From positions 156,240,001 to 156,304,000 of the forward strand of contig NC_059425.1 of the NCBI RefSeq assembly GCF_021028975.2: a stretch of DNA of 64,000 nt. Reading direction: 5' to 3'. Shown piece by piece: positions 38,856 through 52,413 of this stretch (position 1 is the stretch's first letter; every line of letters starts with the position of its first letter). The stretch is from Sphaerodactylus townsendi. Lineage: Eukaryota. The position numbers and the translations under genes were made by a program. Under the pieces are notes generated by a model. That model was not told where the DNA came from, searched no databases, and was given only the letters and a program-made list of their open reading frames with translations.

Positions 38856-41798
38856 GCAGCTCAGGCAAGGTAACAGGTAGGTAGCATTTACTGTTTGGAG
38901 GTAGCAAGGCCATTACCATTAGGACACAACAGAAAACATAGATAAGCTGCAGCAATAACAATAACATTATAAAGTTAAAAGCATATAAGGTCCAACAAAA
39001 ACACGTGAGCACCTTTCTTATGTACAAATAAAATACTTCAGCCTTTAGACATAATTCTAGCCTGTGTTTTCTTAGTTGGCACTCTGTAAGAGACATACTG
39101 GCCAAAATTGGAAAGTGGAAAAATTAGTGTCTCTACCACAGAAGAAGAATTTATATCTTTTAAGATCTCAGCAAGACATTTATTTCTGGGCTTTATGTAC
39201 AAAGGTCAGAACAGAATACAACATGGAAGATCTTCTGGGACCAAAGCTATACAAAAGCAAACATGCAGTTCATAGTTTGAGTTTAACAGACCATAGGCCA
39301 TGCACCCATTTTTAAAAACTTCAATAGAAAACGCAAAACAGAATTTTGCCACATCTACTATACAGTTTTCATTTAGACTATTAAGAAGCAATCTTAATTT
39401 TACAACATCAAGAAAGGGGGCAAATTAAGCTATTCATTTGGTCATAAACTTTTTCCTTTCTGCTTCATATTTAGGACAGTCAGAAAACACATGAGCAGAT
39501 GAATCGAGTACATTCATTTGACAAGTCACAGAATTTTTGGTTTGAAGGAGTTTGTGAATAATGGCCCTTCATCTCAGCTGTTGGGAGTACATTGCAGCAT
39601 GCAATGATATATGCTCGTCTCAAGTTAGGGACTGTTAATATATAGAAATGCAAAGGTAAAAGAGCATTAACAGCATTAATACCTAAATTTAATGAAAAAC
39701 ACTTCCTCGTGGCATTTTTGGGATCATTCCAGTCACATTGAACTAGTTTCTGAGTACATGACATGAGTCATTGCTTAGTTAACCCACCAGATGAACAGTA
39801 ACCAGAGAGTCAGCCTCTCCGATGGAGGCATGGAACCGAGAAACAATTTGCATATTTGCAATATTTAGCAATTTGCATATTTAGTAAAGGTTCATGGATA
39901 TGTTGTTGAAATGATCACCATAACTTGAAAACTGACATTGGAGACCAGGAACGTGGCCCCATCCCCCTGCTTTTAGCAGGCCTGGTCCTACCTTGGACTA
40001 TCTTTTCAAGTTATTGATGAAATGCTCACCATAACTTGAAAACAGAGTTCAAGGCAGGACTGGGCCTGCTAAAAGTAATGGGACGAGGCCACGTCCTGGA
40101 TTTCCAGGCAGGCCAGGGGGTGGTGCTGAGGGTAGGCCCAACTCTGCAGGTGGGCAGGGCCAGGGCATTCCAGGCTCCCTGCTGCAGGATGGGGGGGCTC
40201 CTGGGGGGGGCATCTGGAGGAGGCTTTGTTTCCAGGTGCCGTTTGGACTCTGTACGCCTCTGTGTAACATTATTCTTAAACTGATGCAAGTACTATACTA
40301 TATGTAATACAGCCACTTGCATGGTACTGCTTATTCAAGAAGTGGCACATGTTCTTTGGGAGAGAGAAAAATATTTGAATTTAGTTTACCTTTTGTGTGT
40401 ATGTGTGGTCATTTGTTAATTTTTCATAGTCTAGCTTTCTTGCCGAGATTCAAGGCAGATTACTACATTTAGTGGTACAATTAATGGTAATTTATTGTAC
40501 TGCTAAACATTGTAATCTGTTTTGAATCTCAGCAGGGAAGGTAGACTGTAAAAATGAACAAATGACCAAAAGATGCCTGCCTAAATTCTGTAAGGCATAT
40601 TTAGATTAGCCCAATTTTTTAAAAAAGAGAAACTGCCAGGAAGTGCAAAAATTTCTAATTTCTTAGAGTCTCCAGGGGCATGGTTACTGGCGGAGGGTGT
40701 GTGTGTGGGGTGTGTGTGTGTGGGGGGGGGGGAGATCAGGTTTTTTCATCTGTCAGAGAAAACCTGACTGCTTGTCAGACCATTCACACAGAAGCTTTTA
40801 CACTCTCATTGTGACCCTGGTAATCCATTCTGTATTTATACAAATGTAAGTAGTTGTATCACAGCAAGATCTCCATGTACTATATGTCCATTGCAACACA
40901 GGATACCCCCACCCAAGGTCTCGGAACACACAAGCTTAAAGCATATTGTATAACCCATCAATGTCCTTTAGGATAATGCCTGTTATTTTCTGTGACAAGT
41001 TCAGGCTTTTGCTCTTTCCCATATTAGGGTATGTTAATGGGGGAAAAAAACTTTAACTCCCCTCTGCAGCACCTTTCTTCCTCAATGGTCCTAAAGAATT
41101 ACATTACTAACCTCAAATCAGGCACCACATCAAGCTCTCTAATAGTTGTATATATATAAACAATCGTTGTGTGTGTGTATGTGTGTATGTACATCACACA
41201 CAAAAACATTGATTTAAATAAATTCACAAATTGGAGATGGGCGATGAGACATATTTTCTAATTATTTATATTCACAACAACGTTTGTCCTAATTATAGAG
41301 AAAACACATTATTAATTACTAATAACGGGTACCTTAAAGTTTGGAAAACAGATAAGAAAATAAGGATTCCGTTTTTGAACATTCTGTTTCATTCCATAGC
41401 TATTAAAATTACAAACAGCATTACAATACTTAACTTTAATTTCAGCATTAGCTCACACAAGGAGTTTCAGATTCACATTACAGCAGGCTTCCAGAAGTAA
41501 CTTTATGTTGTGACGCAATACCACAATACAAACTCACATATACCAGAACTAAAAAAGAACAGTCTAGAAAACAATGCTTTATCCATTTGACAAATAGAAA
41601 ATATATTTCTTGGAGTGAACTATATTTCAAAATACAGCGTATTCTGGTTTGCATTAGGGTGAGGACTAACCCCAGCAGGTATTTTTAAATTTTCAGGCTC
41701 AGCCCTACAAAATGCGACAAACATTGAGGTATGAAGACATACAGATTGCCCTTCTCTCCCCTGAGCATCTACCACTAGCCCTTTTATATGTGGGTTCA

Positions 41799-42259
41799 GA
41801 GAAGAAGAAGAAGAAGAAGAAGAGGAGGAGGAGGAGGAGGAGGAGTTTGGATTTATATCCCCCCTTTCTCTCCTGTAGGAGACTCAAAGGGGCTTACAAT
41901 CTCCTTGCCCTTCCCCCCTCACAACAACACCCTGTGAGGTGGGTGGGGCTGAGAGAGCTCGGAGAAGCTGTGACTAGCCCAAGGTCACCCAGCTGGCATG
42001 TGTGGGAGTGTACAGGCTAATCTGAATTCCTCAGATAAGCCTCCACAACTCAAGCGGCAGAGCTGGGAATCAAACCCGGTTCCTCTAGATCACAGTGCAC
42101 CTGCTCTTAGCCACTGCTCTTAGCCACTACGTCACTGCTGCTCTCAGGCACTACGCCACTGCTGCTCTTAGCCACTGCTCTTAGCCACTACACCACTGCT
42201 GCTCTCAGACACTACGCCACTGCTGCTCTTAGCCACTGCTCTTAGCCACTACGCCACTG
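41799..42259 (-). mobile_element. Squam3-type SINE with a (GAA)/(GAG) tail and a tandemly amplified 5' head
   Basis: Full body at 41845-42110; the A-box region is repeated with 61-bp period at 42101-42259. Confidence 0.85.
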
Positions 42260-43244
42260 ATAAAAGGTTGATGAGGTCAGCAGGCTTCTGTCACTGACCA
42301 CTCTTTTTAGAAACCAAAGTCTGGGCATGCTCTGCTCACAGGAAATGCATTTGCATTCAGGTATGACTTCATATGATAATTTTTTAAAGTATGGAAATCC
42401 ACACGATTTTAATCACCTCTCATTTTGTAAAATACAGAATGGAAGAAAAGAAGGAAGAAACAATTGCCTCAGTTCTGTTGCACTTGCCACAAACACCTAT
42501 CAGACTCTCTTTTTTTCAGACACAAACAGATCTTCACAACAAGAATGTACAAGTGGGAAGCGTATTAAAACCCCAGTATTTCTTTCCTGTGATTCTAAAC
42601 AATTTCTAATTTCTACCATATCTATTCATACCTATTTTAAATATTTATATTCATAAATCGAGCATAGTGGGGAAGGCCTGAAATTGTTTTTAATATAAAA
42701 TTATTTTTCTAGATATTACTGCACCTTTATGGTGTTTAAAGTTTCCTTTTGCTTTTATTGAAATGTTCATATATGACCTCTTGCTCAAGTATCGCACACA
42801 AATGACTGTTGTGCGTTTTCTGGGCTGTGTGGCTGGGGTCTGGTAATTTTTGTTCCTAACATTTCAGCCACATAAAGGCTCAGCAGCCCCACCCAAAGGG
42901 ATGGAGTGCTGCACTAATGTCAGCTTTGCCCCCAGGAATGCCCCACCCACGGCATCTGATCAAGAGGCCAGCACAGCCCCACTGCAACTCGGAGGTGGTC
43001 AGTCATTAGTACATCTACCTCCCCCAGCAGGGTAAAGACCCTGGAGAGGGCAAACACACCAGTGCAAGGCCATGCTGCTCCCTCAAGCCATTCGTGAGCT
43101 GGATGGGGCTGTTAGTAAGAAACACCAGTAACAATAAGGTTTTTAATAGTGTCAGCAACAATAATTTAATAATTTGTTTATTTTCAATAAACACAGTGCT
43201 CAAATTTTCATAATAGGAGATAGTGTCTTCAAAACTAGATGGGC

Positions 43245-43612
43245 ACATTGCTATCCATATTGATACTGAGACACCGCCTCAGTTATACTACCCAAACCTC
43301 TGGAATCCTTAGAAATAAGAGATACCAAGGTTGAGACTTTCAAAACACCCAGGACAAACCAAATAATTCTATTTGACACTCTTGGTTTCTGATAAAAAGA
43401 CTGATATAACACATAAAGTGACTAAATTTGGTACAATGGCTTGCAAGATAAGAAAAAGGATTTTAAGACAGCATGATTGATATAGGTATAGATGTTGTTT
43501 TAATTGCATTATTGGAATTAATTAAGTTATCTGTTTTGGTTGTGATGTCTTTTTATAGTGTTCATTTATTCCATGTTGGTCACTGACTGTAAATAAACTA
43601 AACTAAAACTAA
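43245..43612 (+). mobile_element. RTE-X-like LINE 3' end
   Basis: ..ITHKVTKF..ACKIRK-like coding remnant, T-rich UTR, ggtcactgactgtaAATAAA plus (CTAAA)n tail. Confidence 0.55.
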
Positions 43613-44325
43613 CCACTCACGAATCGTAAATCCAGGTATAGGGCAATCTAAAGAACCATCCGTTACATTGTACAATCAAAGATGTTATCAAAATGGACTA
43701 TCTAGGTCACTTCATCTCATACCAATGCTTTGATTAGATGGTAAATTGGTAATGGTATTACTTTATTTTTTCCAATATTTCAGCAGAGCAACATCTTATA
43801 GAAGCCATTCCTAATTCAGCCTGCATCATAGCTGCTGGAGCCCCCTTAGACAGTGACATTTATTTATTTATTTATTTATTTATTTACATTCATATCTCAC
43901 CTTTTCTCATGGTTCAAGCTGGCTTACAATAATAGATAAAGACATTTTCACTTAAAGCCAAAAATAAAGTCGCAAAAACCAAAATTCCTTTCTATACTGT
44001 CATCTGCTACACCATCTCTGCTGCACCATCTCTTTGCACAGAAAAATATAATCATACTACTTTAGCAGCAACGTTTACTTTTCATAACTAGTAGATGGGC
44101 TTGTACTTTAATTATTTTGCAGGATTAGTTATGCTATTAGCTCATGCAAATTTTCTGTTCCAGTTTTCCTTTACAGAATGACATATTTCTATTTCCATTT
44201 CTGATATGGAGTTAGAAAAGGCATGTCTGGAAAAAAGAGAAAAAAAAGCCAAGTATGGGAGCCAGCCAAAGTTCAAACAAAGAGATCAGAAGGTCTCAGT
44301 ATTCAGCTGAGAGAGATCAGCTAGA

Positions 44326-44500
44326 CAAGTGGTTCTCAACCTATGGGTCGTGACCCCTTTGGGGGTCGAATGACCCTTTCACAGGGGTCGCCTAAGACTC
44401 TCTGCATTAGTGTTCTCCATCTGTAAAATGGATAAATGTTAGGGTTGGGGGTCACCACAACATGAGGAACTGTATGCAAGGGTCGCGGCATTAGGAAGGT
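44326..44500 (+). mobile_element. SPIN (hAT, URR1-like) non-autonomous element, right TIR truncated
   Basis: GTGGTTCTCAACCT..GGGTCG.GACCCCTTTGGGGGTCGAA.GACCCTTTCACAGGGGTCGCCTAAGAC and GGGGGTCACCACAACATGAGGAACTGTAT..AGGGTCGCGGCATTAGGAAGGT match the SPIN/URR1 ends as I recall them. Confidence 0.8.
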
Positions 44501-44539
44501 AGACTGTTCACCCTACTGGGACTGAAAAATGTTCAAATG

Positions 44540-44850
44540 CTGCAGCCAATTTACAGAACCTCATCAATTCCAGGTGCTAAATGGTTTAAATACTGGTGCA
44601 GTTTCTCGTATAGTTTTGTGGCATCTGTTCCAATTTTTAATGTGTTGCAGAATATAATCAGCAAACTGATGGTGCCCAACACTAAAATTGTGGGCAATCT
44701 TTCCCAGGAGCCTTTCATATAAAGTAAAAGTATAGACAACAAAACGTAACCTTGTGAAACCCCACAGATATCTCACAGCTGACATTGAAACTCCAACAGC
44801 AACTCTTTGCTTCTGATCAGTGAAAAAGGATTTAAAACAAACCAGTGTAC
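44540..44850 (-). mobile_element. Decayed L2 RT fragment
   Basis: FKSFFTDQKQRVAVG...GVSQG...HHQFADY (degenerate YADD). Confidence 0.65.
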
Positions 44851-45029
44851 TTCTTTTAACTTCTTCCTCTAACTCAGAGAGAGAGAGAGAGAATGTATGC
44901 TTGGAAATTAAACTTGCATATTTCCATCTTATAGCCAAACCAGAAGTCTCGGAAAAAGGTCAAGGGCAGATGTATCATTCAGGAAAGTATGGGATCACTC
45001 TGTGACCACAACCTCAAAAAGGTGGATTA

Positions 45030-45240
45030 CTCATTCATTTATTGACACCGCTCTTTTATCCTCACTGGGTACCCAAAATGGTTTACAGCATTCGTCTCCC
45101 TGTCTCAATTTTATCCTGACAACTACCGCCCCATGTGGTAGGTTAGACTGACACAGAGAGACACTCTCTCCCAGAGAGTGGAAATTGGAACCTAAGTCTT
45201 CTGATCCGTAGTCTGACACTCTAACCACTGCACCATGCTG
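45030..45240 (-). mobile_element. Older tRNA-derived SINE (Squam3/MIR-like) with a (TCAT)n tail
   Basis: Minus-strand head tggtgcagtggttagagtgtcagacta; L2-type tail. Confidence 0.65.
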
Positions 45241-45369
45241 TTTAGAAACTGGACAATAATTGGCCTTATTGCTAAAAATCAATTGTTGACACAAAAAGTA
45301 TTTCCTGGTCACTGAAAGTGGAAGCTATCTGCCAGCTACTGAAAGAACCCTGTTTGGTGGAAAAAAATT

Positions 45370-45990
45370 AGACATTAACAGTTGTTAATATGCTCCTTGG
45401 ATTTCAATAACCAATATGGACAAGAATCAAGAGAACACATGGTGGCCCTCACAACACCCAAGATCCTGTCAACATCCATCAAGGAGACCAACTTGAAATT
45501 ATTCATAAATGGACCAGATGGTGCACCAGACACCTCTACGGCATGAACTATATTACAATCGGCATCCCAGTCAGAACAAATCTGCGAGATTTTTTATCAG
45601 CAAAAAATTTCACAGAACCGTCAAAGTTGATAATCCATTCCAGAAAGTTTAGAGACTTCATTTGAGGAGTAAACAAAAACCTAAATACCCTAAACAACTA
45701 CATGCGCACTAGTTAATTCAATAGTAGCAGAAAATATTTTTGTTGCCATCGCTGCTATCTAATAGGTTTTCAAATAGTTCTATATCAGATTCTACAATGT
45801 ATCACATTTGATTTACATTTTCCACAAATGATGCTCTAGACATCTAGATTTAAAAAGATAGATAAAAGGGGGAGAGGATGCTGGGGAATAGCCTGTCTAT
45901 AGCCTCCGAAAATTTCATATTCCAAGCTCCCACTATAGCTTCAACAGAACGTTCTGGAAAAAAGAAGCTTTCTCCCATGGATGGATTATT
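45370..45990 (-). mobile_element. Decayed L2 LINE ORF2 (pre-RT linker)
   Basis: Manual translation ...SQICSDWDA..DVDRILGVVRATMCSLDSCP. Confidence 0.65.
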
Positions 45991-46146
45991 TGAATTTTTC
46001 TCCCAACCCTGCAAGGAGTTAGTGTACATTCTCACATGCCTTAGGAAGATAATGTCTGAACTTCCAATCCCCTAACTTGGTCATTAACCCAAGGCTTGGC
46101 CCAAAAAAGATATCTGTGGCCCCTTCCGCAGATACTCTACCACTGA

Positions 46147-46287
46147 GGCCCCTTCCGCACATCCAGAATAATGCACTTTCAATCCACTTTCACAATTGTT
46201 TGCAAGTGGATTTTGCTATTCCGCACAGCTGCAAAGTGCATTAAAATTGGCTTGAAAGTGCATTATTCTGCATGTGTGGAAGGGGCC
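46147..46287. mobile_element. ~140-bp Harbinger-type MITE
   Basis: GGCCCCTTCCGCACA / TGTGTGGAAGGGGCC TIRs; internally palindromic. Confidence 0.8.
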
Positions 46288-48811
46288 TGTGTTTCTCCTT
46301 TTTCATGCACCAATCCCAGACCTGGGGGGCCATGAAGTCCTGAACTGGTCTGGACAAGGAGACAGCTACTGGTGCAGGGAGCAAACACAACAGTGTCCAA
46401 TTGCCCCTCAATTCTGTGGTAGCAAAACTCAGAAATTGTAGTCACTGTGGAGCAAATCAGACACCAGCTTAGGGGTGGACCAGAGTGTTTCCAGGGGTGG
46501 AGTCAACATTAGTTGACTTCCACCCAGGCTTCAGGCGTGGTGGGAAGGTAGCCATACAGTAGTGCAGATCACAGTCCCTATTCCACAACGAAAGCAAGTT
46601 TCTGAACCTTGCACTACAATATAGTCCTACTTACCATATGGGGTAGCAGAAAACCATGAGTGGGAGTCTTTCTAACCTCATCAGGGAGGCCATAATAGAG
46701 AACAAAAACATGACAAAAGAGGTAAAGAAATATGGAAACTACAGCTAGATGTACATACAGGAAACATACTGAGAGGACAGAGTGGAATTAAGCATATAGG
46801 GAAGCATTTGTAAGATAATTCAAGAAGGACAATGCATAATTAAGGCAATGCATACCATGTAAAGCAAAGGAATATTGTTTTGATTAAACACAGGCTTTTA
46901 CTTGGGTACACACACAAAAAGTAAATTAAAAAATGAGGTGGATTCTGCAATATTGGAATTAAAACTAATTGTATTGGAGAATCAATCAGTTAGGATTCAT
47001 ATATAGATTTATTATCGTATGTTAGTACCCACTCTGATAGGAACATTTAATCTCGACTAGATCTCGCTGTTAACGCACCTTTGCAGTATAACATATAGGT
47101 ACTGGGGAAAGTGTTGGTTTCTAGAGGAAAAGCAAATCCTGGTCTTTCTACCTATTCCATCAAACCCCATCCCAAGAGTCTGGCTGATTAGAGTTAACTA
47201 CATATTGCTGGGAGGGGAGAAGTTGTTGCTTTTGTATGTCTACCTCCCACTAATCTGTCCTGCCAAATTCTATGCTACACCTTTGCTACCACCTTCTGCA
47301 TAGCTGGTAGACTGATACTGAACACCTACTGGGGTATAATTTCTATTTGCTTTCGTCTTCTCCCAGTTTTCCTGTCTTGCTTCCAGTGGATGCCTATGAG
47401 CATTTACACAAACAAAGACACATTCTAACTGGCTTGAAAAGATGATCAAGATACAAAAGTATAAATTCAAACTTAAACAGGTGCTCTACAGAAATCTAAT
47501 CCTGTTTGCAAGGGTGTCTTCACAGTTCAGTCCCTTCAGTGAATTTAAGGTTCTTCACATTAGAGTAAAACCATGTGATGACATTAAAATATCTATAATT
47601 GGAAGGAATATCTGGAGAAATGGCCTTTTGTATGTGTTTATTTATTCTGTTGGTTTAACTGCTACATAAGGAAGCAATTTGTGGCCAATTGGTTACAGTT
47701 AAACTTCCCTGAATCCCGAAAAGTTCATGTTCATCATGAAATATGGGAAAGGTTCCAGTGAATTAGCCAGTCAAGTGATTGTGTTTGTTGAAAACTAGTT
47801 CTCTTTTTTCAAATCCAATTATATATTTAGGCTTAGATTTTCTTTTTAAAGTCTTCAGTGATGTATTAACAGGAAAAATTATCTCAAACCTACTACAAGC
47901 CCAATTTAAACTCTACAAATCAATTTAGTTTTGCAAATTACTAAGAAATTGGTTAACCTTTTTACTTGTTGAACCTTAGTAGAAAAAAAATGTGAATGAA
48001 TCTACACTACAGATGAAAATTGTGTGTGAATGTGGCATATGGCTTGGAATAACAAATATAGTGTGAAAATAGGGCATGGTTAGAATAACAAATTTGCTCA
48101 CAAATATTTGATATTATTTTGGTATAGCTTTAGATAAATCCTTACAAGCCTTCCCAAGAAAGAAGTAACTAATGTCCTTTGAACTCCTACCTCCCAATCC
48201 TATGGAGAGGCTGAATGGGCTCTTGGAGTCAGCACAGCCCAACACCAGCATATTTGCCCACCCCACTAGTGTAAGTGGCACTTAGACCAGCAGGGAGGGC
48301 AAGCTGGGAGGCAAGCAGATGCCGCAGATCTCACTGGCACCTGACCTGGGACAGGCAAGAGTAGCTCAGCAGAAATGCACCTGATTGGGATGCTGTCCAA
48401 CTAATACAGTTTGCCAGTGAGCCCAGAGAACAGGATTGACTCACTATTTCACAACATTTGGTTCAGAGAACTTTTTCATTTTACAGAGGCAGTATGTCTG
48501 GTTATACGATCTAGGCAAAGTTTCTTATAGCTGCTGGCAGCCTTGCAATTAAATGGTAATCCAGCCACCACAGACATGAGAGTCAAAAAAGTTTTCTTTC
48601 CACTAGCTATCAGAAAGGGCAGCGGAGAGCAGGAAAGGGCATATATAGAAGTTAATACATGCAATCACAGAGAGGTTGAATATGAAGAAATATCAGATAA
48701 TTTCTCCATATGAAAGACACTGGAACATAATTTGAGGTCTTTCAAAATGTGAAATTTCATTGAAAATCACTATCAGTAACCAGCTGTGCTTTCCCCTCCC
48801 GCAATACAAAG

Positions 48812-49111
48812 GAGCAGCAGTGGCGTAGGAGGTTAAGAGCTCGTGTATCTAATCTGGAGGAACCGGGTTTGATTCCCAGCTCTGCCGCCTGAGCTGTGGA
48901 GGCTTCTCTGGGGAATTCAGATTAGCCTGTACACTCCCACACACGCCAGTTGGGTGACCTTGGGCTAGTCACAGCTTTTCGGAGCTCTCTCAGCCCCACC
49001 TACCTCACAGGAAGTTTGTTGTGAGGGGGGAAGGGCAAAGAGATTGTAAGCCCCTTTGAGTCTCCTACAGGAGAGAAAGGGGGATATAAATTCAAACTCT
49101 TCTTCTTCTTC
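48812..49111 (+). mobile_element. Squam3-type SINE, full length, young
   Basis: A-box TGGCGTAGGAGG, B-box-like GGTTTGATTCCC, (CTT)n tail; near-identical to the 53133 copy. Confidence 0.9.
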
Positions 49112-50289
49112 CTGCTGTTAGTTTCAATAAGGAGGAAAGATAAGCAATCTCCCACTCATGTGTTTAAAAAAGTATATGGGGGAGTCTATTTTTAAAACAA
49201 AAAATTGAGCATACAGATGTAGGGAGAACTCCCCATCAGGGGAAAGCGCATAAAATTCCCTGTTCCACTACAAATAGGAATTTTAATTGCCTCTAGAACA
49301 AGAATGCTTTCTGCCACAAATCTGGCAGTGGAGCTCTCTTGAGACAAGAATACAATTGCTGATAATTTCATGATTTTCATTTGGTGGAATACAAAAGAAT
49401 TAGAAGCAGAAATGTGTTCCCCTCTGAAACAATAAAAAACAGAACAAAGAATCAAAACAAGTGCAATAATTGTAAGAATTTCAAGCAAAATATTAAAGAT
49501 TAAAACAATAGTACAATTTGAAGTTGAGAGGGAAATTTAGTATATCCTGTGCCTGTGTGAGTTTCATGGGGTTAAATCGGGGGCAAAACATGCAGGAGTT
49601 AAAATTCCTACAAATCAAAATTATCCAACATACAGATCAGCACAACAAGATTAATAAAACTGAACACGTAAGTGTAGCAGAGAACAGAAATCTGCAACTG
49701 ACAAGGTCTATTAATCCACAGTTAAGCAACTGATTCTTGCTTACAGCAACTGAGCAGTGGGCCAAATCTAACTTCTCTGGCCATCAAACCCCAGATTTTT
49801 CCAATGTGTTCCTCTTGTTAAAAGGGACAAACTAGTAATCACAGGAACCAAGCCTACAACCTTCATCTTCAGAAACAAAGCCCTGCAATAGCAATATGTG
49901 TCCAGAAATAATATAAGTCATGCTAAATACAATCCTCTCCTCTAACAATTAATTTTTCAACATACAAGGTGATAAAATCCCAGGAAATTTCATTCATCTC
50001 TACAGCAGACACTCTCTGGAGCTAACCTCTCTTCCCTGAACTCTGCCCCTTCTGGGCTAAACCAACTAGTTCCTCGGTTATATTAGCACATAGCTGCTTG
50101 CATGAAGGGAGAGGTAAGGAGGCCAAAATGCACCCTGCAAGAGTGAAAGGCTCTGCCTCTCACACAATGGAGGGTCCACAATTATTTTCCATTTAGAAAT
50201 GCCCAGTAATTTACTCTACCCTCTTCTTAATCTGAGACCATAAGGAGTTCCAAATCGTTTTTGAATCACAGTTAATTCACTTGCACATT

Positions 50290-51407
50290 CTATGATATAA
50301 CAGAACCACCACCTCTACTATTTCAGCCAGAAGACATTAACAAGACCCAACAAAAACAGCAGCTGGGTTTATAGAACAGAAAAGTTTACTCTTAACTAGA
50401 TACAACCCAACATTCTCTATGAAGCAGATTCACATCAACTGAACAAGGGGAAAGGGGGACATAACAGCAGGCAATGGAACTTTATCAATACAGGTATCTA
50501 ATATATGTAACTAGATCCATTCATTCAGATATGAACCAGAGTTTAAAATGGAAACGCTGACCGACCATCTTCAGTGGGTGATGGGAGGAAACTATCCACA
50601 CTGATTCTCCCAGACCTATTACTGGTTTTCAGTATCATCAGCAACTGTGTCCTTCTGGAAAACTGGACTAGGTGAAGAGCCTCAGTGATGCTGCTCTTAC
50701 TTGGTTGGCCAGTTCCAGAAGCAATGGTCCCAGAGACTCACCTGAGGACTGCATTTGCAACCTAAGACCAGGAGCACTGAAAGGAGGAGGCCCCACAACC
50801 CAGCAGGCAGTCTGGGAAGGGCATAGGAGCCTGGGCAAGCCTACACATGCTCCTTCTACACAGGCAATCCCACCCCTCACTTACTTAGCTGGGATACAGC
50901 TCTGCCTTGGCCCGCTTGCTGAGCAGCTTTGTATCAGCAGAGTTTAAAGCGGAGTCACTCTGGTAAGATAAGAAGTCTTCTTGCACTCACTGCAACCTTC
51001 TAGTACTCATGGAAAAGATACTCTTCACACAAGATGTTCTTTCCATAGGAAGGTTTTTACTTTAGCAGTTGCAAGGTTACACAAGTCTGTTCTATACAAG
51101 ACTATTATACTATTCAGAACTCTTCAGCTATAACAAAGTTCAACACACACAGAACTTAACTCAGATTCAACTCTATCTCTATATCACATAGCTATACAAT
51201 ATATCAGGGATACTTTCCCCCGCCCACGCAACAGCCTCTCATTGGTCTAGAATTACTGCTGTATTCACCAATCATATTAAAGGTTAATCTTTGCTACTTT
51301 TGCCCCTAGTCTGACTGTCTCCGTTCTCTGGGTTGGGCAAACTCTTCTGCTAACTTGAAATGACCCTTTAGTGAACTTTTCACTCTTTTTAAAAATATAT
51401 CATGACG
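50290..51407 (-). mobile_element. Probable ~1.1-kb solo LTR
   Basis: Inverted termini (ATGATATA / TATATCAT). The minus strand starts (c)GTCATGA and has an AGTAAA poly(A)-like signal followed by a T-rich tract near the 3' end. Confidence 0.5.
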
Positions 51408-51939
51408 CTTTGTCCCAGAGCAGCTTTATTTTTCTTGCTCCCACTTTCCTTTGTATGCCAGCAAAGTGCACCTCTTCAGACAATTCATTCAGCTTCAGAG
51501 TGTTTAATGTTCAAGTCTAACCACCAGAAGAACACATGAATATATCACTATACCTCAGTACATACAACTGGTAACTAGACCATGTGACTTGAAATAAGTT
51601 CACACATGATCTAAGAGGAGCACAAAAAGAAATAATAGTCCTAATTAGCACTAATGGGGGACTCTAGAAAAGTACCTAGCCACACCTGACTGATTCTGCA
51701 CAATCTTTCTCCAACGTAAAGTTTTGACTGTTAAAATAAATTGCCTTACAATAAGAACGAAACAGCAATGAATATCTAAGTATGGCAATCCATTAAGGTT
51801 TGTGAACACAATCCATAAAATACAAAGCTCTGAATTTTAATCTCCAAGGATATCTTGGCTTTAAAAATGCCCATTGGCAAATGAACGATTGTTTCTGATT
51901 TAGTTATTAGAGCTGATTTCACTCCTCTGGCCACTAGCA

Positions 51940-52142
51940 NNNNNNNNNNNNNNNNNNNNNNNNNNNNNNNNNNNNNNNNNNNNNNNNNNNNNNNNNNNNN
52001 NNNNNNNNNNNNNNNNNNNNNNNNNNNNNNNNNNNNNNNNNNNNNNNNNNNNNNNNNNNNNNNNNNNNNNNNNNNNNNNNNNNNNNNNNNNNNNNNNNNN
52101 NNNNNNNNNNNNNNNNNNNNNNNNNNNNNNNNNNNNNNNNNN
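51940..52142. other. Assembly gap (N run) at a SINE tail
   Basis: N bases replace the expected (GAA)n tail of the adjacent SINE. Confidence 1.
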
Positions 52143-52413
52143 CCCCCTTTCTCTCCTGTAGGAGACTCAAAGGGGCTTACAATCTCCTTGCCCTTCCCCC
52201 CTCACAACAAACACCCTGTGAGGTGGGTGAGGCTGAGAGAGCTCAGAAGAGCTGTGACTAGCCCAAGGTCACCCAGCTGGCATGTGTGGGAGTGCACAGG
52301 CTAATCTGAATTCCCCAGATAAGCCTCCACAGCTCAGGTGGCAGAGCGGGGAATCAAACCCGGTTCCTCCAGATTAGATACATGAGCTCTTAACCTCCTA
52401 CGCCACTGCTGCT
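52143..52413 (-). mobile_element. Squam3-type SINE (tail lost in the gap)
   Basis: Reverse complement of the 48812 and 53133 copies. Confidence 0.9.

Noticed and set aside
42101-42259. CRISPR-like repeat array
   Set aside because: The units are reiterated SINE 5' ends with no unique spacers
48812-48890. tRNA gene
   Set aside because: The A/B boxes belong to a multi-copy SINE head; no complete cloverleaf or terminator
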